Source: Phyllobates terribilis (Eukaryota). Taken from it: a stretch of DNA of 64,000 bases. The stretch lies in NCBI RefSeq assembly GCF_046119375.1, contig NW_027362768.1, positions 266,352,001 to 266,416,000 on the forward strand, in the 5' to 3' direction. Both the position numbers and the translations under genes were made by a program. The notes beneath the pieces were generated by a model that had not been told where the DNA came from, did no database searches, and saw nothing but the letters and a program-made list of their open reading frames with translations. Positions 11,455 through 24,400 of the stretch are shown in pieces; position 1 is the first letter of the stretch; the number at the start of each line of letters is the position of its first letter.

Positions 11455-13271
11455 GTCAGCATCAGGAGGCTGGTTCTGTGCATGATCTCTAGTCACTGCC
11501 TGTGCAGGGCTGTTTCTAGCACCCACTGAGTAACCAGTATAGGACATAGCACAGATCCACCTCCCCCACTCCACCATCACTTCTGAGAGACTGCTGTTCA
11601 TGTCACTCCTATGCCTGCACACAGTATGAGAACACATCACTGCTAATCAGAGGAGGAGCTGAGGGGTTTATGGCTCCCTCCCTCTCAGATAAGCAGCACA
11701 TATAGCCACACAACCATGCTGACTAGCCCCATCATATTAAAGGGAATCGGTCATTTATTCCCCCCGGCAGCCTCTCTCTTTCAGTCATAGGGGCGGTACC
11801 AGCGCCGATTCAGTCACCACTCTGTGTAGAGAGCAGCAGCTGTAACCGAGCCCTAGCACTGACTGACAGCAGCCTCTAATGATGAGCTCTAATACTCAGC
11901 CGGCTGTCAGTCAGTGTCGGGGGCCATAGACATCCATTTGGTAGCCCCTTTGGGGCTTACAACCGAACCCCCCACAAAATGGGATTCGGATGTATGTACC
12001 AATGAGGCCATAAACTACAATGGTGCCGGCAGAGCAAATGTGCCCTCTGACGTATATAATTTTTCAGACATTCAGATGCAGTCTATGTCTGAGTGTCCCC
12101 CTCCAGTAGGCGTGCACACCTGAAAATCATGCATGGCAGAGCACACATTCACTCTGCAGGCACCATTCTAGTCTATGGCCTCATTGGCGCATACTTCCGA
12201 ATCCCGGGGTTCAGACGTAAGCCCCGAAGGAGTCACTAAACAGGTGCCTGAACGCAATGTGAAACCACTCTAAAAGAAATGTAAGGCGTCCATGATTTTT
12301 TTTTTTTTATAGCTGAATAAACTTATACAGATTATTTGCTCTGTAACTATCATCATTTTACAATTTACAGGGACTGGAGCTGATGTCTTCATATCAGAAT
12401 AATAGGCTGTAGACATGTGTCACTTATTATCTTAGGGATTTATTATGATTTTCCAAATTTGTCCGTAAAAAATATTGTCTGTCTGTGATTTTTTTGATTA
12501 GCTGGCCAGAAAAAATAAAGTCAAGTTGGCAACTGTGGTTGGAATCCATTATGGGAAAAGCGCACATGCACGGTGTGTGTGGATGTAGCAGAGCTGTGTG
12601 TACACTGTGGGGACATCATACTGTATGGGGGGCATTGTGGAGACTATGAAAATGGTACAGTACTGTGTGGGAAAACTAACTGGCTTCACTAGGAGCAATA
12701 TTTCAGAGTGGGCGCATGTAGTGGAGCGTTAGGGCAGGGTACTGACTTGGCATAAAATAAATATTTCCACCCCACAGTAAGTGACCCTCATTCTTATCTT
12801 TCATAGTTGTGTGTATATCCCTATGAGGCTGTCGAGTTCGGGAGATCCAGGGTTACTCTGAGTATCACGGTCCGTGGTCGCACTGGAAAACATATACAGC
12901 TTGATTCCGCCTAAAGCCTCATTCAGACATTCATATATCACGGTCTGAAATAACTGGGGGTCTGCTATCCCCAAAGTATATTAGGTACACTCGTCCTCTG
13001 ACCCACAATAACTAGAATAAGCCTCTAACCACTAGTGAGAACCATTTAATCACTAGTTATGTTTTTTTTTTTCAAATATGGCTTCAATAATTTTTTCATA
13101 CAGATTGTGGCTCGCAACAGTTTCTCAGAGCAAAATCTGGCTCTCAAGGTATAAAAGTTTGGGGACCACTGGTCTAAAGTGATCATTGAGTGTCTTTATG
13201 CTATATAAAAAAAGACATTTTTGAAAGTGCAGGTAAAATTTAAACCAACGAAGAGTCCAGCCATTACTTAC

Positions 13272-13526
13272 CCAGCTCGCGGAGGTCCTTTGCCTTGGTC
13301 ACAGCCTGTGTGATTTTGGCAGACTCACTGCAATGTGGATTGTCTTCATTAGTGAACAACATTATACGCTTGTGACTCAATTTGAGCTTTACATTGCTGA
13401 AGAGGTTGGAGCAGTGCCAGAGCGCCTCCCCCAGGGAGAAGTCCAATGAATGCCCAATGGCCTCAGAGAAGTAAGCCCTTCCTTTGTCCTCTCGGTATTT
13501 ATCCAAGTCCAGAACCCGCTTTGCAC
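13272..13526 (-). CDS. XRCC6: XRCC6 exon 5
   Basis: GAKRVLDLDKY...SHKRIMLFTNEDNPH...KAKDLRELG; 255 nt, canonical splice sites. Confidence 0.97.
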
Positions 13527-14177
13527 CTAAATATACACACATCAGTAAAGAACAGTCCAGAGCCGAGCTAGAGTAAAGCCTGGAAACGTACAAGTCTACA
13601 GAACAATGCATTATTTATGTTGTACCATTATTGGTGCCTGCAGATCAGAGACGCTCTTTAGGCAGTGCCTTCATTACACCGAGCACAGCGCAGTATTCTG
13701 ATGGAGGAAAATACTAAGGCCCACATTTATTACTGGACTGTGCCCATTGTTGGTGAATGTGTAATCTGCTGTCGGACACATTTATTACCCTGTGTGTCAT
13801 GTGTGTCAGTCTGTGGGTGTTTCTTACCACTGGATAATAATTTACGATTATGAATTGCATTATCAAATGCAATATTTTGAAAATGTTGCAAAATTTTTGT
13901 GCAATGTCAATTAGTGGGTGATGTAAATGCTGAAGAAACATCTCTAAATATATTAATAGAAACAACATTTTGTCACAAACAGCAGCAAATTTGCCTAACC
14001 TAAAACTAACTTTAAAAAAAAATGCGTCATATGACAAACGCTCTGCACTTTATTATGCTGGATGCTGTAGAGCAGGTGTATGTCAAGTTAGTTGACTGCT
14101 TCCAATATCATCCTGCAGCCTTGTGACTGTAAATCATCACTAAGTCAAGGTAAGCAATGCTCTCTATGCAGAATAAT

Positions 14178-14855
14178 TGTCACGGCACTGTTGTCGAACA
14201 TCTGGGGGCTAGGGGCTCCTTCCCTAAAGCTAGTGGCGCCCTAGATATCCCTGCTCCCCGGATTACTTCTAATGATGAAGACGCCGAGGTCACGTGCTTT
14301 GCTGAGCTTTTAAATCAGCCCTTATCTGTCCCCTCCCAGGGAAGGGGGGAGTAGTTGTATATAAAAATACACAAACCAGACTAACAGGGAAGAACATACA
14401 GGGATAAACGAAAATACTTGTCATACAAATACGCACTCACAAACAACAGAGTGGAACACCGGGAAGTAAAGGAAGGAAAAAACAAAGAGGTGAGGATGAG
14501 GATATGCACACAGACAAATCACCAAGCAGCAGTCTTTAGAACAACATTCCATTTGCCTCCACAAACAACCAACACCCCCAGTTCCAGAACCAGGCAGTAT
14601 AAAACTAATACTGGCAATCCTTGATTGCCAGAGGTGAGTATATATAGCAGAGGGGAGTGGCCAACACTGAACAGCTGAGACCATCAAAGCAGGAAAGCCT
14701 CAGAGGCTCTCAACTGAACAGATCAACCCCTCCACTGCTAGAAGAAACCTGCACTGTTTAATATGATTGTGAAGTGCTTCTAATCAATCCAGGAGTATGT
14801 GAAAATCACACACTACAGTCTTCTGGCCCCTCTCTGTCGTGGTAAACCTGTGACA
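14178..14855. mobile_element. Solo LTR (Gypsy/BEL-like)
   Basis: TGTCAC...GTGACA termini with perfect 5-bp TSD ATAAT (14173-14177, 14856-14860); no internal ORFs. Confidence 0.8.
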
Positions 14856-14925
14856 ATAATCCAAAATGGAAACAGTCTAATGCTGTTCAAAGAATGTTCA
14901 TGTTAAAAGGGTTAACAAGCATTAA

Positions 14926-15279
14926 AGAAGTTGTCCACTACTTTCACATTGATGCCGGTCGGGTTCCTGCATGCAGCACCCCCAGCTGATTAGCTGCTAT
15001 CAGTGGCGGCGGCCTTACCTGCTGTGCTTGGCCGTCCATCTGTAGTGGCCGCCGTGGGGTACTGCACATCCACCTCCCATTCAATTGAATAGGAGGCGGA
15101 TGTGTAGTAACAAGCGCCGGCCAGTACAACTTGATGGCCAAGCACCGCAGGTAAGGACTTCCAGCCGCCACCGATAACAGCTGATCAGCGGGGGTGCCGC
15201 GTGCAGGAACCCGGCTGATCATACATTGATGCCCTATCCTATGTATAGGGAATCAATGTGAAAGTAGTGGACAACCTCT
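14926..15279. mobile_element. T2/Kolobok-like MITE
   Basis: TIR agaagttgtccactactttcacattgat / atcaatgtgaaagtagtggacaacctct; TTAA on both sides. Confidence 0.82.
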
Positions 15280-15768
15280 TTAAAATATACAATAAACTTG
15301 TAGATCTTAAATTTTGCTGTTAAGCCATTTATACTAATAGGCTGCAAACGTTGCAGATTTGATGTAGATTCTCTGCTGTATATCTGTAGCATTTCTTTAA
15401 CACGCATGGAAAATGTGCATCGAATCCGCCCCGTGTGCAGCCAGCCTCATAGGGGTTGTCCCTTTCAGATAATGTTCAGCCAGGCACCAGAACTAGAAGC
15501 GGAAACTCTCAGATGTTCCTCGGGAAGGTGAGTACAGAACCGTTTTGTTATTTTTTAACAAACTGCATTCTGGCCATTATCTTAAAAGGGACACCACCTT
15601 TAAGTATAAAAATAAAGGGTTAAGCAGTTAAAAGAATAAAACATCAACAGGTCAGAATCAGACTTCTAGTGGCCATTTATAGAAGGAAAGCAATTGTAAA
15701 AGAAGAAAAAATAACCAAGGATCTGCTTTGTGTTTAACCAGGTTACTTTTTAAAGAAAAACTTTTTAC

Positions 15769-15907
15769 CTGGTGTATCCAAATCATGAAGAACATAAATG
15801 TGTTTGAAAGAATCAGCGCTTTTGCTTTCCTTGGTACCAAAGAAGACCACAGACAGGAGATCACGGTCACTGCTGATGATCTTGCTGGTATAGACATTTC
15901 GGATACA
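15769..15907 (-). CDS. XRCC6: XRCC6 exon 4
   Basis: [46 protein letters not shown](G); 139 nt; not in the ORF track, read by hand. Confidence 0.96.
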
Positions 15908-17139
15908 CTAAAAAGCAAAAACAAGAGAAAAAACAATGATATACAGAAAAAGCAGGCAAATAAAGATCACTGCTGAGCCTGCTGCTCACCAACCAACCTC
16001 TCAGGCTAGCAAGTAACCAAAAGAAGCATCAAATAGGAATAAGAACTGGCATTAGTGCCAAATAGTGGCCCTATAGCTGCCAGGTCACATAATAGTGACG
16101 ACAAGAACTTCCTTCTGGTGTCCACACAGCCTGACCGTGCATGCAGCACTGAAACCCGTATACATGGTCCCCCTGGTGTATGCAATCTACTGATCACCTG
16201 TATACTGCACAGAAATGTCCCCACTGCGGCCATGTCATATACTGACACAGAAGGGAATGGTTACAGCAGGACACCCTGGACCTCCAGGACCCCCACCAAT
16301 TCTGAGAATGGAGCCAGCAGTGGTGGTTTTATCGCTGTTTCCATTTCACTAGAGCACTAGGACCAAAAGCTGTACAAGGAACTGCAGCAAGGCCCCATAC
16401 AAGGAAATAAGACCAGCTGCAATTTCTTGTAAAACCAGGGACCAGGACCACTGTGGCTTTGAAGAGTTGTAAAGTGTACCAGATTTATTAACGCCATGTG
16501 AAAGTTTTAGGGCAAAATACCAATCTAAAGTAAGCCAGCCTTGAGATTAGAAAAACATACCACATTGTGATAAATTTCACATATCCGCTATATAATTTAT
16601 GGTGTCCAAATTTTAGGCAGTGTAAGGCCTCATTTAGAAGTCAGATTTTTTTAACGTAAGGGAAAAAGGAGATCAAGTTTCATCTGAGTTTCATCAGTTT
16701 TTCCTATATGTGAAACATAAGAAAAAAAGTCATAAGTTCCTTACCGGTAACGGGATTTTTCGGAGACCATGACAGCACCACGAGAGAGGGGATCCGCCCA
16801 AGGACAGGAAACCTACAGGCTTAAAAGGGGGTGGCCCTCCCTCTCGCCTCAGTTTGGATTACAGAGCATTGAGAGGACCTCCAGGTTAGTAGACATAGCA
16901 AAACAATCATAAAAATAACATTTTTATACAACACCACTAAGTGAGAAAAAGTTGTAATAGATGAGGAGTGCTCCCATAAGGTGAAGGGAGGGAATATAAG
17001 GGTGCTGTCATGGTCACCGAAAAATCCAGTTACCGGTAAGTAACTTATGACTTTATCGGTTGACCATGACAGCACCACGAGAGAATTGCAGAGATGAAAA
17101 AGTCTAGGAAGGGACCACAGCCTGGAGCACCCTTCTCCC

Positions 17140-17900
17140 AAATCCAGTCTATAGTGCCTATAGAAGGTAGATTGAGAAGACCAGGTAGCAGCCTTACATA
17201 TGTCTTCCATCGAGACACCAGTCTTCTCCACCCATGAGGTTGCCACCGCCCGGGTAGAGTGAGCCTTCAACCCCTGTGGCGCTTCCTCACCGCTGGAGAC
17301 ATAGGCTAGAGTAATAGCCTCCCTGATCCACCTAGCTATGGTGGATTTAGTAACCTTAAGCCCCTTCCTCACCCCTTGGAAGGAGATAAATAAAGAACTA
17401 TCTTCCCTGAAGGCCTGGGTGACCGACAGGTACTTAATCACACATCTTCTAACATCTAAGGAATGGAACTCTGCTTCTTTTTGGTTACTTGGATTAGGAC
17501 AGAAACGGGAAACTACTTCATGGAGATATGCCGGGTCCGTTCTAAGAATTATTCTATCGTCCAGGATCTGAGTGAAGGGTGGGGCTGAAGACAGAGCCTG
17601 GATATCACTAACCCTTCTAGCTGATGTTAGAGCTATTAGAAGCGCTGTTTTAAAGGGAGATGGACTTAAGAGATGCCGACTCTATTGATTCAAAAAGGTG
17701 AACCGGTTAATGCTTTTAGAACTAAATTTAGATCCCAGGGTATCAAATTGCTCTTGATAACCGGTCTGGATCTAAACACAGCTCTGATAAAGCGAGAAAT
17801 CCAGTAATTCCCTGCCAAGTCACAGTTATATAGACAACCTAAGGCAGAGACTTGGACTTTAAGGGTGCTTGTCACCAACCCCATCTCGAGACCCTTCTGT
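17140..17900 (-). pseudogene. DIRS tyrosine recombinase, frameshifted
   Basis: ORF pieces 17690-17884 and 16821-17441; H-x-x-R and catalytic Tyr present but frames are broken. Confidence 0.8.
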
Positions 17901-19009
17901 AAAAATTCTAAAATTTTACTAATTGGAGCTCCCGTACCAACTGTAGAACCAGAGAAAGATTAAAAAATGTTTTCCAAGTTCTAGCGTAAATCCTGGTCGT
18001 GACAGGTTTTCTACTATGCATTAGTGTAGTCACTAGATCTCGGGAGAATCCTTTGTGTTCTAACAGGGACCTCTCAAGTTCCCCACCGTCAAGTGGAGGT
18101 CAGGAGCTTGAGGATGGAGTATCAGACCCTGGCTGAGGAGATCCAGGATTTCTGGTAGGACCCAAGGATCGGAGATGGACATGTTCCTCAGGCATGAGAA
18201 CCAGGGCCTCCTGGGCCAAAAGGGGGCAACCAGAAGGACCCTCGCCTTGTCCTCTCTGATCTTTCTTAGAACCATGGGAAGGAGATTGAATAGGGGGGGA
18301 AGGCGTAGGCCAGACTGAAATCCCAAGCTATTTGGAGAGAGTCTACTGCCAGGGGGTTTTCTCTGGGATTTAGGGAGCAAAAGGGTTTTGTCTTTCGATT
18401 TAGCCTTGTGGCAAAGAGATCTACCACCGGAAGACCCCATTTCCGGACTATTTGGAGAAAAAAAAAAAAAATATCCTGCTTTAGTTCCCACTCGACCTGT
18501 CTCAGAGAAAAACGGCTTAAGTAGTTTGCTTTTACGTTTTCTTTTTCTTTGATGTAGAGGGCCGTTAAGGAAAGGAGATGGCATTCCGAAATCCAGGTGG
18601 CTCAAAAGGCTGGTATTGATTTGGAGGAAGGACCCTTCTCAGCCGGGGGATCATCCCTGGAGGCTGCAGATTCGTCCATCCTGCTGGAGCCGTGATGACT
18701 GGACTTAGACGCCGAACCTCGTTTTCCTGAGGACCGGGCATTACCAGAAACACGCGGGTGATGCACCTTTTGGGGCTCCCCAAACCGCTGCCGAGATGGT
18801 GAAGATGGCGGCTGCTCAACTTGCTGCTGCAGTAGTTGCTGTTCACTATCAAACTCCATGATAGGGAGAATGAAGCTGGGAAGCCCTGAACAGTGGTGCC
18901 TGGCCAGTTAAATAGGCCTTGATCCACCCCTCCGCCACCGGATTTCAATCAAATGCCTCTTTTTTTTTTTTTTTCCCCCCAGTACCTTTAGAAAGAGGGA
19001 CTATGAGGT

Positions 19010-19810
19010 ACAGACACCCTATAAAAGCACTACAAGGCACAGGGGCACCCTGAAGCACTGAGAGATACTATGAGGCCCCATTAGGTACTAAAAGGCACTG
19101 TGAATCGCTGAGGTACTAACAGGCGCTATACGGCACTATGAATGCACCATAAGGCACTATGGTATGCTATGAGTCACTATGATATGTTATGCTATGAAGA
19201 GCCATAAGGCGCTATGAGGCACTATGCCATGAGGCACTATAAAGCACTATGAGAAGCTATACGGCACCATGATGTGCTTTGAGACACTAACATGCGCTAT
19301 GAGGCACTGTGAAGCGCTATGAGGCACTGTGAAGGGCTATGTGACATGAGGCACTATTAAGTGACATGAAAAGCTGTGCCGTGAGGCACCATGCTGTAAT
19401 GCGCCAAGAGGCACCACGCTATGATGCGCCAAGAGGCACCACGCTATAATGCGCCAAGAGGCACCATGCTATGATGCGCCAAGAGGCACCATGCTATGAT
19501 GCGCCAAGAGGCACCATGCTATGAAGCGCTATGCTATGACGCACTATGATGTGCCATGCGGCGAGGCACTATGATGTGCTATGAAGAGCTATGCTATGAT
19601 GCACTATGATGTGCCATTAGGCGCTATGCTATGAGGCACTATGATGTGCCATGAGGCACTATGCCATGACGCACTATGATGTGCAATGAGGCACTATGAT
19701 GTGCTATGAGGCATTAAGATGTGGCATGAGGCACTATGATGTGATGTAAAGAGCTATGATGTGCTCTTTGTGAAATGCAAAGAGGCTTTTATAAGGCACT
19801 GTGAGGCACT
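19010..19810. repeat. Degenerate 10-25 bp tandem array inside the DIRS element
   Basis: Recurrent gaggcactat / gatgtgctat; 25-bp gcgccaagaggcaccatgctatgat about 4x at 19401-19520. Confidence 0.85.
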
Positions 19811-21434
19811 GCGCTCAGATTTATATTTAAAAGAGTAATCCATCTGAATGAAGGATAAACCTTTCCTTTGGGTGGTAAAGCTCAATTGTCAGTCTAGCCC
19901 CACCCGAAGGAGCCAACTGATGAGACGCAGCTGGAAAGCAGACCTTCACAGAGACCATGTGCTGTATTAACACCATGTGCCGTCCTATGGATGGAGTAAA
20001 CAGACTGGAGGACAACAGTAAAAACCTCTGAGTGTTACTTTAACATTTACTGAGCAGATTGAGGCTCATTTTTGTGGTAAATTCTGAAGGCCAATCATGA
20101 GGCTCTGTGCGGCCCAGACATGTGGCTCACTTTAGCCTAGAGGTCTAAGGTCCAGCTTCCGTCCTGAAGCCAATTTTAAAGCACGATCCCTTGGCCCAGA
20201 TGGGGTCTTACAGAGCGCACACACACCCATTTTTGAGTTTTGTGCAAACATCCTTCAGCCTTTCCTAGTATCCATAACAAGGAAGGGGCCCATAATCAAG
20301 GTAAACATTCACGAAGATCACTCACCACCAGCTGTACGGATTCGGAGGCAGGAACGAGTCACAGGCCTGTTCCTCTCCATCCGTCCATGCCTGAGCCACT
20401 GATGCACGGAACTAGAGCTGTCAACCCCAGACAGGGGCGCAGGTCCACAGCAGCTTCTCCACTTATGCACGGAACTGGAGCTGTCGACTTTTTTTTTTTT
20501 TTTTTCCTCTTCAGGGACGCATGCACAGTGACGTCATCAGGCTGTGACTTACAGGAGGACGGAAGCCTCGCGCAAGGATGCCTCATACACCGCTGGCGCT
20601 CCCAGGTAGGCCCTACCCATAGTGATGGCTTGCTACCTCTGAACGGGGCGCCGCTCTCCCGCGGCCCGCTCCTGGTTGGGGCGGAGGTTGGCCGACGGCC
20701 TCAGACCCGGCGCGCCGACCTCCGCCGGGTGTCGATGGGGACAACACCCCACGCAACTCGCATCTCCAGGGCGATGGTGGGCTTGCCACCCCAGATAGGG
20801 GCGCAGTCCCACTGCAATCCGGATCCCAACCAGGGCAGACTCCTCTACAGAAAGCGCAATCTGACTGAAGCAGATAAAAGGGCTGCCACTCCAGATAGGG
20901 GCGCAGCTCCCCTGCATATCCGGTGCAAAGAAATGCTGTGCCTCTCCCAGATAGGGGTGCACTCGCATAGGCAGAACGCTGGAGCTGCAGATCCCAGATA
21001 GGGGCGCTGCTCAACAGCCGTTGCCATCCAGATCTTCCATGAGCCTGCAATAGGTTCCCTCCATCAAGGACAGGAAACCAAACTGAGGCGAGAGGGAGGG
21101 CCGCCCCCTTTTAAGCCTGTAGGTTTCCTGTTCTTGGTGGGCGGATCCCCTCTCTCGTGGTGCTGTCATGGTCGACCGATAAAAATTCTCCACCTTATCC
21201 TGACAGTCCGTGAAAAATGGACAACACTCGGATGGCATATGAATACAGTTCAATTTTTTCACAGATCCATAGACTTGCATTGATGAGTTTGAGCAGACAC
21301 TCGGATCAATATCGGACATGTCTCCGCGATTTTGCAAGGATGACTCGGTAAGCAAAAAAAAATCACAGATATGTGAACAACCCCATAGGCTGTGATAGGT
21401 ACGAGTGCTATCCATGAAAAATATAGAACTGATA

Positions 21435-24400
21435 CAGTGGGGAAAATAAGTATTTGATACACTGCCAATTTTGCAGGTTTTCTCACCCACAAAGAATGGA
21501 GAGGTCTGTAATTTTTATCGCAGGTACACTTAAAACTGTGAGAGACAGAATCTTAAAAATCCAGAAAATCACATTGTGTGATTTTTACATAATTAATTGG
21601 CATTTTATTGCATGAAATAAGTATTTGATACAATAGAAAAACAGAACTTAATATTTGGTGCAGAAACCTTTGTTTGCAATTACAGAGGTCAGTTTCCTGT
21701 AGTTCTTGACCAAGTTTGCACACACTGCAGCAGGGATTTTGGCCCACTCCTCCATTCAGATCTTCTTCAGATCTTTCAGGTTTTGGGGCTGTCGCTGGGT
21801 AACATTGAGTTTCAGTTTCCTCCAAAGATTTTCTATTGGGTTCAGGTCTGGAGACTGGCTAGGCCACTCCATGACCTTGAAATGGTACTCATGGAGCCAC
21901 TACTTAGTAGCCCTGGCTGTGGGTTTTGGGTCACTGTCATGCTGGAAGACCCAGCCACGATCCATCTTCAATGCCTTTACTGAGGGAAGGAGGTTGTTGG
22001 CCAAAATCTTGCAATACTTGACCCCATCCATCCTCCCTTCAATACGGTGCAGTCATCCTGTCCTTTTTGCAGAAAAGCACCCCCAAAGTATGATGTTTCC
22101 GCCACCATGCTTTACAGGTGGTACGGGGTTCTTGGGGGATGTACATCATGTTCTTCCTCCAAACATGGCGAGTGGAGTTGATATTTTGGTGTCATCTGAA
22201 CACATGACCTTCTCCCATGACTCCTCTGGATCATCCAGATGGTTATTGGCAAACTTCAAATAGGCCTAGACATGTGTTGGCTTGAGCAGGGGGACCTTGC
22301 GTGCATGGCAGGATTTTAATCCATGACGGCGCAGTGTGTTACTAATGGTAATGTTTGAGACTGTGGTCCCAGCTCTCTTCAGGTCATTGACCAAATCCAG
22401 CCGTGTAGTTCTGGGCTGATTTCTGACCTTTCTCAGAATCATTCTTACCCCACAAGGTGAGATCTTGTATGGAGCCCCAGACCGAGGAAGACTGACAAAC
22501 ATGTTGTGTTTCTTCCATTTTCTAATAATTGCATCATTGTCCCTGGTGTCCTTAGACAGCTCTTTGGTCTTGGCCATGGTGGAGAGGTTGGAGTGTGATT
22601 GTTGTGTGGACAGGTGTGTATTATTATTATTTATTTATATAGCACCATTGATTCCATGGTTCTGTACATAAGGGGTTACATACATAATACAGATATCACT
22701 TACAGTAAATGAACTAACAGTGATAGACTGGTACAGGGGGAAGTGGATCGTGCCCTTGCGGGCTTACATTCTACTGGATAATGGGGAAGGAGATAATAGG
22801 TGGGGGGTTGCAGCAGCTCCGGTTGTGGTGAGGTGCAGGTCCAGTATTGGTAAGGAAGCAGCTCTGGTGGCGGTGAGGCACAGGTTTGGTGTTGGTAAAG
22901 CAGCAGCTCTGGTGGTGGTGAGGTGGCAGCAGGGTCACTGCAGGTTGTAAGCTTTCTTGAAGAGATGGGTTTTCAGGTTCCGTTTGAAAGATCCGCATGT
23001 GGCAGACAATTGTACGTGTTAGGGCACAGAATTCCAGAGGATGGGGGATATTGAGAAGTCTTGGAGAAGATTGGATGAGGAACGAATAAGTGTGGAGGAG
23101 AGGAGGTGGCCTTAGGAGGACCGGAGATTACGTGAGGGAATATATCGGGAGATTAGTTCAGAGATGTATGGAGGAGAAAGGTTATGGATGGCTTTGTAGG
23201 TCAGTGTTAGTAGTTTGAACTGGATACGCTGGGCAATTGGGAGCCAGTGAAGAGATTTGCAAAGGGGGGTAGCAAAGGAGTAGAAAGGGGAGAGATGAAC
23301 TAGTCGAGCAGCAGAGTTAAGGACAAACAGGAGAGGTGCGAGAGTGTTAGCAGGTATGCCACAGAGGAGGATGTGCAGTAGTCGAGGCGGGAGATGATGA
23401 GGGCATGCACAAGTAGTTTAGTAAATTGAGGGTTGAGGAAAGGACAGATTCTAGAAATATTTTTGAGCTGGAGGCGACAGGAGGTGGCGAGGGCTTGGAT
23501 GTGTGGTTTGAAGGACAGAGTAGAGTAGAGAGTTACACCGAGGCAGCGGATTTTTGGTACAGGGGAAAGAGTGATGTAATTTATTGTGATAGATAGATCA
23601 GATGGGGAAGATACGTGAGATGGAGGAAAGATGAGTTCAGTTTTGTCCACATTGAGCTTGAGGAAGCGGGAGGAGAAGGAGGATATGGCTGATGGACATG
23701 CTGGGATTCTGGACAGCAGAGAGGTGACGTCTGGGCCAGAGAGGTAGATCTGGGTGTCATCAGTGTACAGGTGATACTGGAAACTATGGGACTTTATGAG
23801 CTGTCCCAGGCCAAGGGTACAGATGGAGAAGAGTAGGGGTCCTAGGACAGAGCCTTGAGGGACTCCAACAGAGAGGGGGCGGGATGAGAGGGTAGTTTGG
23901 GAGTGGAAGACGCTAAAACTGCCGTTGGAAAGGTATGAGGAGATCCAGGATAAGGCAAGGTCTGACACCAAAGGAAGAGAGAATCTGTAGTAGGAGGCAT
24001 TGGTCAACTGTGTCGAAGGCAAAGGACAGGTCTAGAAGGAGGAGTATGGAGAATTGTCTGTTAGCTTTGGCTGTAAGTAAATCATTAGTAATTTTGGTCA
24101 GGGCAGTGTTAGTGGAATGGTAGGGACGGAAGCCAGATTGTTGGTTATCGAAGAGAGAGTTAGACGAGAAATGGGAGGAAAGTTCAGAGTGAACATGTTG
24201 CTCAAGGAGGTGGAGGCAAATGGGAGCAGTGATATGGGCAATAGCTGAACAAAACGGTTGGGTCGAGGGATGGCTTTTTGAGGATGGGTGTGATTGTGGC
24301 ATGTTTGAAAGCAGAGGGGAAGATACCAGAAGTTAGTGATAGGTTGAAGAGATGGATTAGGGATGGGACGAGTATGGGGGCGAGGTTTGGGAGGAGGTGA

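Larger units (their letters stand above)
16726..21183 (-). mobile_element. DIRS1-type tyrosine-recombinase retrotransposon, internally deleted
   Basis: About 105-bp inverted terminal repeats; ICR near 17000-17085 complementary to both outer ends; TTT/AAA termini; YR motifs AHSTR...TFYRHY; methyltransferase-like VAPFWPRRPWF. Confidence 0.92.

Noticed and set aside
19915-19945. CTGATGAG...GAAA as a hammerhead ribozyme
   Set aside because: No stem II closing C-G pair before GAAA. Other CTGATGA hits examined also lacked a downstream CGAAA.
20789-21010. CRISPR-like array or CTCF cluster in the DIRS leader
   Set aside because: Eukaryotic context, 14-bp motif, irregular spacers and no cas genes; the motif lacks the central AG register of CTCF.
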